Below are positions 17,029 to 24,439 of a stretch of 64,000 nt of DNA, one piece after another (the first letter of the stretch is position 1; each line of letters begins with the position of its first letter). The notes beneath the pieces are model-generated. The model made no database searches. It was not told the origin of the DNA and saw only the letters and a list, made by a program, of their open reading frames with translations. The stretch is from a virus, in the IMG/VR virus record IMGVR_UViG_3300047333_000104, positions 3,649 through 67,648 of that record; one strand, given 5' to 3'. The position numbers and the translations under genes are program-made.

Positions 17029-17207
17029 TGATCGTCCGGCTTAAACATGTAGATCTCGTCGGCCTGTCGACGTTCGCGGTTCAGCAGATGTTGATTGAAC
17101 GCGGGCTCGATTGGCGGACAGCCAAAGCACATGCGGATCACACGAGCGGGGAGATCGTCTATGAAGGGGAGCCGATGGCGGGGTCTACGCCGCCGGCCGC
17201 CCCCTAA
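17028..17207 (+). CDS. Small hypothetical protein (59 aa)
   Basis: TAATG overlap. Confidence 0.55.
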   Translation: MIVRLKHVDLVGLSTFAVQQMLIERGLDWRTAKAHADHTSGEIVYEGEPMAGSTPPAAP

Positions 17208-17973
17208 AGGTCTGCCCGTGCAGGATGAAAGTGATCGTCTTGTCCTTTGCGGCAGGCGCCCAGCACAGCCCGCACGTTCCGCAGCAATCCGTCTTGTTCG
17301 TTTGTACAGGGCAAATGATGGACCCCGGAGGGGGCGCAGCCGGCGTAAAGTCAACCGTGGTGGCGCGCATAGGGCCGACCTGGCTCCCCGAGAAACGGAC
17401 AACCCAACGATCTGGGTATAGGTCGTTAATTGATGCGACGATCGTGCCGATTTCGGTGTCCGGTTGTCGTGCCGTATATCCGAATACCCGAAGGGCCGGG
17501 AATTGGTTCATCGCCTGCTTCCACAGAAGGGCGTAATCGGCGCTGTAAAAGTCACCGAGGATATGGAGCCGAACCGCGAAACCTTTAGGGTGCTTGGCGT
17601 TTTTCTCGGCTAGTTCTTTCAGCAGTCGGCGTTCTAAATCCTCGCCCGATCGGTGCCGCCGGCTATAGGGCATGCCGTTCCCATAACAGTTCGCCCAGTG
17701 CCCGCAAGAGGTCGGGCAAGTCGCGCGTTCCTCCAGCGTCAGAGTATAGAGGGGCATGCCCGCCCATGCGCCCTTCACTATCTTGTTGCCGAGTTTTCGT
17801 TGATTGATGCCGGACACAAGCAAACGCGGCGAGTCCTGAACGTCGGCCACCGTGGTGGGGAAGATCGTACGGGCTTCACGTAGCGCGGGGTGATCGGTAG
17901 ACAGGCCCCGGACTCTCTGCGGCGACAGTTCCGCATGCTCGGTGAACCGCCGCAGGGGTTTGGACATTCTCAT
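17185..17973 (-). CDS. GP88-like (radical-SAM-related) Fe-S protein
   Basis: TCP.SC...NCY; VRLHILGDF; F.YT; C-terminal CP.Q....CGTCGLCW. Confidence 0.7.
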   Translation of the reverse strand: MRMSKPLRRFTEHAELSPQRVRGLSTDHPALREARTIFPTTVADVQDSPRLLVSGINQRKLGNKIVKGAWAGMPLYTLTLEERATCPTSCGHWANCYGNGMPYSRRHRSGEDLERRLLKELAEKNAKHPKGFAVRLHILGDFYSADYALLWKQAMNQFPALRVFGYTARQPDTEIGTIVASINDLYPDRWVVRFSGSQVGPMRATTVDFTPAAPPPGSIICPVQTNKTDCCGTCGLCWAPAAKDKTITFILHGQTFRGRPAA

Positions 17974-18488
17974 AGCATTTCTCCTAGATCCTCACCACCT
18001 TCCGCGCCCCGATAGTGAACGCACAGTTCCGTCGATCCCGGCTCGAACGATTTGCACAGTTGTGGGCGGTCTTGATAGATCCCGCAGCGCCCGTTCGGCA
18101 GTAGCTTTGTGCAAACGAACTCCGCATAACCGTATTGACGCCCCGTTTCGTCAGATAAGAGCGGTTCTCTAAAGCTCGCCAGGACAGAGGGTGTCTCCCC
18201 GTCCGTCATCTGCGTGTAGGGCTCATCGCGAACATTCCACAGTGGGTCGTCGACCCAATGCGTCAGCCATTCGTCGTTCTTTATGAACTGGATTGTCTTA
18301 CAGCAAGCTCCGGGCGAGTAGCATTGGTCGCAGAGGCTCACAGGAAAGCCCATACTATGATCAAAACCCCGAGCATGAGTACGTAGGTGGTGCCGCGGAT
18401 TAATCCCAGCGCGCGGGTCTGCCGCGGGAGGCTTAGTGAGCGCCACCAAGTTTTCATCGCCGCGCCCGTTCCTCAGCGTTCTGCGCAT
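17970..18488 (-). CDS. YkgJ/CxxCxxCC-family cysteine-cluster protein
   Basis: CDQC..PGACC...C..L..NGRCGIY.DRP.LC..F; true start may be downstream. Confidence 0.8.
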   Translation of the reverse strand: MRRTLRNGRGDENLVALTKPPAADPRAGINPRHHLRTHARGFDHSMGFPVSLCDQCYSPGACCKTIQFIKNDEWLTHWVDDPLWNVRDEPYTQMTDGETPSVLASFREPLLSDETGRQYGYAEFVCTKLLPNGRCGIYQDRPQLCKSFEPGSTELCVHYRGAEGGEDLGEML

Positions 18489-18648
18489 AGAAGGCCAACT
18501 GCTCGAGGCACTCCTCGATCCGCGTCTGCCGATCCCAGAATTCGACGATAGTCTCGGAGATTAGCGCGACGACGCGTTGGTCCGCATCGGGTGCGTCCTT
18601 ATTGGCGAAGAGGTCCGCAAAGCGGGCGGCGAGTTCAGCCCCGGTCAT
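18454..18648 (-). CDS. Small hypothetical protein (64 aa)
   Basis: Overlap-coupled helical ORF. Confidence 0.55.
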   Translation of the reverse strand: MTGAELAARFADLFANKDAPDADQRVVALISETIVEFWDRQTRIEECLEQLAFYAQNAEERARR

Positions 18649-19501
18649 CGATCATCTCCTGAACAGCATCGGCCACGACATCGGGCCGGAACGCATAAAT
18701 GCAAGCGTCCGTACCATAGCGGCAGGACAGGTTCGTGGCGGGCGCCGGCAGCGTTTCCAGGCATCCCTGGCACGGCACGTCGGCCTCCATCTCCTTGACG
18801 CGCCAGCCGCGCTCACCGTGGCGGTACGGCACGCGGTATTTCGCCCGCACGGAGGTGAACAGACCGACGATCGGCGTATCGGTCGCCCCGGCGAGATGCA
18901 AGAGGGCGCTGTCGCTGCCGAGGAAGCAAAGACTGCTAGCGATCAGGTTCGCCGTCTCTCTAAGGCTCGTCTGGCCGACCGCCGAGCCCACGAACGGGCT
19001 TGTAACCCCGTCCGCTCGGAAGTCGGCCCCGCCGCCGACGAACAGCACGCGGTACTCCCGCGCGATCAGAAGCGACGACACTTCAACCCAGAAGTCAGCA
19101 GGCAGCGATCGGCTCGGCCAGGACCGGGCGGCGTGGATCGTAACGAGGCGGTCCTGCTCGCGGAGTTCGAACGGAGCAGGCGGATCAATGCCGAAAACGA
19201 CCCTCTTGTGCTTGTAGTCTCTGGGAGCCCCTGCATATTCGAGATAAGCGTCCACGACGTGCATCGTCGGTTTGCGCTCATACACGAGGTTGAGGTCGAT
19301 GACGCTTGTGAACCCGCCGCTCGCTCGGCCAGGCAGCAGAACCGTCGAGACGTGCGGGTTGTTGAGCAACACTTCGGGGCAGCCGGTCTCAAAGACGATC
19401 TCGGCCTCGGGGCCGTACCAGTCGCGGAGGTAGCGCAGGATCGGCGTAGCGCACAGAACATCACCCAAGGCACCGGTACGGCGGATTAGGATGCGAGTCA
19501 T
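18635..19501 (-). CDS. GT9 family glycosyltransferase (heptosyltransferase-like)
   Basis: R.GALGDVL.ATP.LR.L, L.NNPHV, SLRETA.LI.....FLG.DS..LHLAGA...P.VGLF, terminal Cys cluster. Confidence 0.9.
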   Translation of the reverse strand: MTRILIRRTGALGDVLCATPILRYLRDWYGPEAEIVFETGCPEVLLNNPHVSTVLLPGRASGGFTSVIDLNLVYERKPTMHVVDAYLEYAGAPRDYKHKRVVFGIDPPAPFELREQDRLVTIHAARSWPSRSLPADFWVEVSSLLIAREYRVLFVGGGADFRADGVTSPFVGSAVGQTSLRETANLIASSLCFLGSDSALLHLAGATDTPIVGLFTSVRAKYRVPYRHGERGWRVKEMEADVPCQGCLETLPAPATNLSCRYGTDACIYAFRPDVVADAVQEMIDDRG

Positions 19502-19746
19502 TTTGACTCCCTCACGATACGGTTGATATCGACCGCAACCGGTGGGTGGCCGGCGGCGACGACGGTCAGTTGGACCTTGGCGCCGAACAGCAGCGCGATC
19601 CGCTCGCGCCAAGTTGGCTTCCAGAACGAGATGAAGCTATCGCTGACGCGGAGCACCGGAAGGCCGAGGCATTTGCCCTGGGACTCGTCCCAACCCTCGG
19701 GTGCGCCGAGAACCGCTTGTTGGCCTTTGAAATGGATGGGGTTCAT
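19498..19746 (-). CDS. Small conserved phage protein (82 aa)
   Basis: LGAP.GWD....C..LPV....ISFW.PTWRER..L....V.L....HPPV. Confidence 0.75.
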   Translation of the reverse strand: MNPIHFKGQQAVLGAPEGWDESQGKCLGLPVLRVSDSFISFWKPTWRERIALLFGAKVQLTVVAAGHPPVAVDINRIVRESK

Positions 19747-19940
19747 TGACGACCCACCGAGTAAAGCCCGCATTTCGGGCAGTTGTCGGAGCCCCGCAAC
19801 GTTAGGCCGCCCAAGTGTCGGCCATTGACGGACCGAAGCCAGCCTTCGACCAGCACGGCGGCGGAAAGCACGTTATCGGGAATATTTATCGAACCGATCG
19901 GTTTTCCCGAATGGCCGTCGAATAATTGAAGCAAGGCCAT
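19743..19940 (-). CDS. Small hypothetical protein with C-terminal CxxC
   Basis: ATGA overlap; CPKCG. Confidence 0.55.
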   Translation of the reverse strand: MALLQLFDGHSGKPIGSINIPDNVLSAAVLVEGWLRSVNGRHLGGLTLRGSDNCPKCGLYSVGRQ

Positions 19941-19942
19941 TG

Positions 19943-20548
19943 TTAGAACCCCTTCGGCAGCGCCGAGATATACCCCTCGTGGGCATAGTCAATCGCGATC
20001 TCGTGCGTCTCTCCGAGCGCAGCATAAAGGAAGTCGAGATTGCGCTGCTCGGCACGCAGTGTTTGCGCCCAGTCGGGTAGGGTGCCGTAAGTGAACGGGC
20101 CGTCGACATAAATCCGCGCATCATCAATCAGGAAGATGTCGGGTACTCCGGGCCGTAACGAGCGGATCAATTCGATCTCTCGGGCGAGGGGCAGGCGGAG
20201 ATCGTCATCGGGCTCAACCGCGGCGTCGTTTGTCGTATAGCCGAGACCGGGGAAATGCGCGTCAAGCCAGAAGAGGACGGGATCGTCGCGCGATATGCCG
20301 CTGCCTAGGAGAACCTGCAGTCCTGCGAGGCTATCGGCCTGAAGGATAAGCACCTCTGGGCAGCGCGCGAACCGATCTCGGGCGGCGGCATGGATCTCTT
20401 CGATAAGCTCGATCGAGTAGATATTCGGGAAGCCGGCGGCGAGCGCCGCAGCCACACCTTCGCCCGCTCCGACTCCGGTTTCGACGAAGTGCTTGATACC
20501 GTGCGCGGCGCGCAACGCGGCGAGGTCGAAGTGATTGACGATTCCCAT
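19943..20548 (-). CDS. Class I SAM-dependent methyltransferase-like protein
   Basis: FVETG...GEG, IYSIE, ..DS, LFWLDAHF, IDDAR; TAATG overlap. Confidence 0.8.
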   Translation of the reverse strand: MGIVNHFDLAALRAAHGIKHFVETGVGAGEGVAAALAAGFPNIYSIELIEEIHAAARDRFARCPEVLILQADSLAGLQVLLGSGISRDDPVLFWLDAHFPGLGYTTNDAAVEPDDDLRLPLAREIELIRSLRPGVPDIFLIDDARIYVDGPFTYGTLPDWAQTLRAEQRNLDFLYAALGETHEIAIDYAHEGYISALPKGF

Positions 20549-21117
20549 TAAAGCCTCCGCAACACGAACTCGATCGACGACTCGACGTTCGGATTGAGCG
20601 TCTGGTCGCCCTGCAAACCTTCGACGAAGAAGTCGCGCACTACCACGATCCGTTCGACCGAAACACCGTCGATCTGGCGCAGCAAATCGAGCAGATTGAT
20701 CGACCGCGGCGACCAACTCTCCAGCTTGAACACCGTGAAGGTCCATTTGTGGTCTGCGTTGAACTGAGACGGCCAGAAGCCCTGCTCGTACATATCCTCG
20801 TCGGGGACGGTGATGACGAGATGGCCGCCCGGTCGGACGACGTTTATCCAGTTTTGGAGGGCGACGGCGGGGTCGGTCATGTGCTCAAGGCAATGGGCGG
20901 AATGGAGGAAATCATAAGGTGGGGCGCCTTCGAGGTATTGAGCATCCCCGTCTTCGACGTCCCAGCAGTCAACGTAGGTAATATGAGGGAAAGCCCCCAT
21001 GTGACGGCCGAGACCGTCTGATCCTGCGCCGACGTCGATCCCCGCGCCGACGAAATAGCGCGTCTGGAACGCGCCGTCATTGAAACGGCGCTTTGCCGCC
21101 TTCGATTGCTCATCCAA
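20548..21117 (-). CDS. Methyltransf_11-type SAM-dependent methyltransferase
   Basis: GIDVGAG.D, WD...GDAQ.L, YDF.HS.HCLEH, W..VVRPGG.L...VPD. Confidence 0.88.
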   Translation of the reverse strand: MDEQSKAAKRRFNDGAFQTRYFVGAGIDVGAGSDGLGRHMGAFPHITYVDCWDVEDGDAQYLEGAPPYDFLHSAHCLEHMTDPAVALQNWINVVRPGGHLVITVPDEDMYEQGFWPSQFNADHKWTFTVFKLESWSPRSINLLDLLRQIDGVSVERIVVVRDFFVEGLQGDQTLNPNVESSIEFVLRRL

Positions 21118-21144
21118 TTGATTGACTCCTCAAATCCCGCATAA

Positions 21145-21157
21145 AACGTAATACGTT
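21145..21157. promoter_or_regulatory. AACGTAATACGTT palindrome (third copy) in divergent intergenic region
   Basis: Exact 13-mer also at 10007-10019 and 39286-39298. Confidence 0.7.
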
Positions 21158-21202
21158 GTTTTAATGTCGAAAGCAACCACAATCTAGCCTATCTTCCTCG
21201 AC

Positions 21203-22285
21203 ATGCAAACGGTTCGCGTCGCATATGGGGAGGACCCAACGGGGCTCGGCTTCTACTGGCCGCAGAGCGCCCAGAAGCGTGCCGAAATGAACGCGATCAA
21301 GCGCGGCGATCCCTCGGCCTACGAGTCGGTCTATCAGTGTCGGCCCGGCAGCCGTGAAGGCCAGGTCTTTCTCGAATCGGACTTTGTCGAATATATCCCG
21401 CCGGTCGGCCTGGAGAACGGCGTGCTCGACGAGAGCATCCGCCGTTTCGTTTCCCGAGGAACGGTTGTTCAAGCGTGGGACACCGCGTCCTCAGTCGCGG
21501 CGCAGTCCGCCTACTCCGTGTGCGTAACCGCGCTTTTGATGCCGTGCAACAAGTATCATCGCGCCGAGGACCCCGCGGTCTACGGTCCCTGCGACGACCA
21601 TTACGACGTCCATCTGCTCGACCTCCATAGGGGGCGGTACGCGATCGGCGATCTCGTCGGCGCGTTCAAGATGCAGTACCACATCTGGCGGCCGGAACTG
21701 ATCCTCGTCGAGAAGAAGTCGTCTGGCATCACGCTTGTCCAGACGATGCCCGCGCTCGGGATGCCCGTTAAAGGGATCGAGCCGGAAGGCGGCAAGCGCG
21801 AGCGAGCGACTAGCAACGTCGGCGCCGGTTCCGCGCAGGGTTGGTTCCGTCAGCACCGGGTGCTTCATCCGAAAGACGCGGACTGGGTCGCACCGTGGAA
21901 GCGCGAACTCAAGGATTTCACGGGTAGCGACGAAGGCATCTCAGATCAGGTTGACGCCTCCGTGCATCTTATCCGCCACGCAATCATGTCCGGCGCGCAC
22001 ACCGCGCTTTTGCCAACGGATTGGAGCCCGGAGCGCGGTACGATGGCCGATTCGCAGATGGCGATGGGCGAAGGCGGGGTCTACGCGCCGTTCGCTGATC
22101 CGCGATTAGAATTACTGAACGCGCTTGACATGCTCGGGTCTATGTCGAACGATGCGTTTGAGGGGCTCTGCGGTCGTTGTATCAGCTATTCAGGTGATAC
22201 CTGCACGCTCCATCGCATGAAGAAGATCGCGTTGGACTCCTGCCTCATGTTCTCGGACGCAAACCCCGTAAGCTACTATGGGTGA
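21203..22285 (+). CDS. terL: Terminase large subunit, C-terminal RNase H-like nuclease half
   Basis: DP.G..FYWP, YESVYQCRP...G.VF, QAWDTAS, ILVEKKSSG.TL.Q, ELKDF.......DQVDA. Confidence 0.9.
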   Translation: MQTVRVAYGEDPTGLGFYWPQSAQKRAEMNAIKRGDPSAYESVYQCRPGSREGQVFLESDFVEYIPPVGLENGVLDESIRRFVSRGTVVQAWDTASSVAAQSAYSVCVTALLMPCNKYHRAEDPAVYGPCDDHYDVHLLDLHRGRYAIGDLVGAFKMQYHIWRPELILVEKKSSGITLVQTMPALGMPVKGIEPEGGKRERATSNVGAGSAQGWFRQHRVLHPKDADWVAPWKRELKDFTGSDEGISDQVDASVHLIRHAIMSGAHTALLPTDWSPERGTMADSQMAMGEGGVYAPFADPRLELLNALDMLGSMSNDAFEGLCGRCISYSGDTCTLHRMKKIALDSCLMFSDANPVSYYG

Positions 22286-23957
22286 CTTCGACATCAACGA
22301 AGGTGCGCCAGTCAAAGGGCGCGTCATGCTGCCATCTGCCGGGAGTGCCGCGATGGGCGCGGGCATGTCAGGCATGGTCAGCGACGTCGAGAGCTACGCT
22401 GCGATCTTCGAGACTCAGTACGCCAGAGCGATGGACGCGAGTGACGCAGCAGCGAAAAGTATTGCCGTCCCACCAGGTATGCTGTCGTTCGGCAAGATCA
22501 GCTACATGCCGGAGAGTTACAATTCCGGCGTGCTTCAGTGGCCGGGAATCGCCCCGGAGGCCCTCCGCAAGACCGTCCGCGAGAACCTCGCGCCGCAGCT
22601 CATCATCGGTATGCGTTGCGACGACGTCATTCGCTTCTCGCAGTATTCGACGCACCCCTGGAAGCCAGGCTGGCGCATCGAGCCGATGAATTCCGAAGCG
22701 GCCCCCAGCGTGTCCGACAAAAAGGACATTCAGGAGGTCATTCGGTTCCTGAGTAACTCCAGCATCGACACGACCTACGCGCAAGCTAACGAGCGGGACG
22801 AGCGAAAGCTGACGAATTTTCAGCGGTTCTTGTCGGCGATGACGCGGGATACGCTCACGTTCGACGGGATCGCGGTTTGGAAAGACGTCGACCAAAGCGG
22901 GAAGGTCAAAGCGTATAGCTTGTTGCCGGCCGGGAACATCCGGCTCGTCGGCCCGGACGGGTACCTCGGGAACAAAGACATCGCTTATGTCGCCGTGGAC
23001 GAAGGCAACAAGATCATCCATGAGTTCACACGAGAGGAACTGACGTTCTACATTCGCAACCCTCGGCCGGATGCAGAGTCGTTAGGCTACGGGTATCCGG
23101 AAATCGAAATAGCGATGCGTCTGGTGCAAGGAATACAGAACGCAATTGACCTAAATTGTGACACCTTTAACAAAAATTCCACACCCAACGGTATCCTCGT
23201 CCTCTCCGGTTCGTCCGTTACGCAGCGTCAACTTGATCTGCTCAACCGCATGTGGACGAACCTCAAGAAGGGCATCACGAAAGCGTGGGCTCTCCCGGTG
23301 ATGGGCCTCGCGGACGGCAGCAAGCTCGAAGTCGTCGATATGACCCGGCTCAAGGGCAACGAGGTCTACTACCGCGACTTTCTCAATATGTTCTTCGGCG
23401 CGTTTGCTACTGTTTACCGGTTCCCCGTCAAGCGGATCGGCTACAAGATCAGCGGCCAGGGCCGGGACAACGAGCCGAACCAAGACGCCGCGACCGAGAT
23501 GGACGATAGCGACGATCCGGGTCTTGCTCCGTTGCTCATCCACATCGAGAACGTTATCAACGAGTACCTCGTCTGGACGCGCTGGCCGCATCTGCGTTTC
23601 ACCTTCATCGGCAAGAACCCGAAAGAGGAGATGCGCGGCTTCGAGTTCCGTAAGAACGCCATGACTTTTGGGGAAGCCCGTTCGCTCGGCGATCTCGACG
23701 ACCTCGAGAACGAGGCGAAGGGCGAAGACGAGAAGCTGATCGCCCGCATCATGAACATGGCGCCGCTCGACCCGAATATGTCCGGCGTGTTCCAATCCGT
23801 GGCTGCCGCGTTTATCGCCGCCAAGTTTGGCGCGAAACCGGAGGGCGGCGACAAGGGCAACACGATGACCAGCAAGATCGATCCGGCTCGATCGGCCGAT
23901 CATGGAGCCGAAGCTGGAGTGCGGCGGGATTCAGCCGCGGAAACGAAGAAGGAATAG
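22278..23957 (+). CDS. Portal protein
   Basis: 559 aa; F..F...RD.LTFD, Y.RNPR.D....GYG.PE.E, F.....P.GIL, PLL..IE..IN; SPO1/Twort-type layout. Confidence 0.9.
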   Translation: MGDFDINEGAPVKGRVMLPSAGSAAMGAGMSGMVSDVESYAAIFETQYARAMDASDAAAKSIAVPPGMLSFGKISYMPESYNSGVLQWPGIAPEALRKTVRENLAPQLIIGMRCDDVIRFSQYSTHPWKPGWRIEPMNSEAAPSVSDKKDIQEVIRFLSNSSIDTTYAQANERDERKLTNFQRFLSAMTRDTLTFDGIAVWKDVDQSGKVKAYSLLPAGNIRLVGPDGYLGNKDIAYVAVDEGNKIIHEFTREELTFYIRNPRPDAESLGYGYPEIEIAMRLVQGIQNAIDLNCDTFNKNSTPNGILVLSGSSVTQRQLDLLNRMWTNLKKGITKAWALPVMGLADGSKLEVVDMTRLKGNEVYYRDFLNMFFGAFATVYRFPVKRIGYKISGQGRDNEPNQDAATEMDDSDDPGLAPLLIHIENVINEYLVWTRWPHLRFTFIGKNPKEEMRGFEFRKNAMTFGEARSLGDLDDLENEAKGEDEKLIARIMNMAPLDPNMSGVFQSVAAAFIAAKFGAKPEGGDKGNTMTSKIDPARSADHGAEAGVRRDSAAETKKE

Positions 23958-23962
23958 CCGTG
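23943..23962. repeat. 20-bp direct repeat (ACGAAGAAGGAATAGCCGTG), second copy 24179-24198
   Basis: Both copies comprise ETKKE-stop, RBS and GTG start. Confidence 0.9.
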
Positions 23963-24193
23963 CGGATTGACACGGAGTCAGTGGGGTCGATCGGCTACCG
24001 CACCTCGGGCGGGAAAGTGCAATTGGTCGTACAAGACGCGTGGGGCCGCTATATCCAGGTAGCGGAGGGCGCCGTATCTGAAGGGGCTTTCCAGTTCGTC
24101 TACCCCGTTGGCATCCGGCAGGCGAAATTGGAGGGGAAGACGCCGGAGGGGTTTGATGCCCGACCTGCCCCCGCTGAGACGAAGAAGGAATAG
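23960..24193 (+). CDS. Small hypothetical protein (77 aa)
   Basis: GTG start after AAGGA; flanked by the 20-bp repeat. Confidence 0.7.
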   Translation: MRIDTESVGSIGYRTSGGKVQLVVQDAWGRYIQVAEGAVSEGAFQFVYPVGIRQAKLEGKTPEGFDARPAPAETKKE

Positions 24194-24195
24194 CC

Positions 24196-24438
24196 GTGAA
24201 ACACGCCCACGCGATCGAGAGAGCGTGGGAGAGGCACGGGTTGGAGTTGTCGGAGTCAGATTTCGAAAATGTCATTGCGTCGATCAAGAAAGGTCAGTCC
24301 ATCTTGCAGGGGACCGTTGATCACGGCCTAGAGCGCCGGATAGTCCAAGTCAAAGGGAAAGTCCTTTCGGTTGTTTTCGCACCCGCCGATGGCTACATCG
24401 TTACCGTCCTATCCAATTTCAAAATGCGGAGACCCTAG
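24196..24438 (+). CDS. Small protein, DUF4258/RelE-like pattern
   Basis: HA.ER..ER.G......I...I...; VVF......IVTVL. Confidence 0.55.
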   Translation: MKHAHAIERAWERHGLELSESDFENVIASIKKGQSILQGTVDHGLERRIVQVKGKVLSVVFAPADGYIVTVLSNFKMRRP

Positions 24439-24439
24439 A

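Noticed and set aside
18145-18154. CTGACGAAAC on the minus strand, hammerhead-core-like
   Set aside because: No stem II, no flanking stems, and it lies inside a CDS
15317-21202. Group I intron as the explanation for split terL
   Set aside because: The 5.9-kb gap has many genes on both strands and no recognisable catalytic core, and TerL-C appears to have its own promoter
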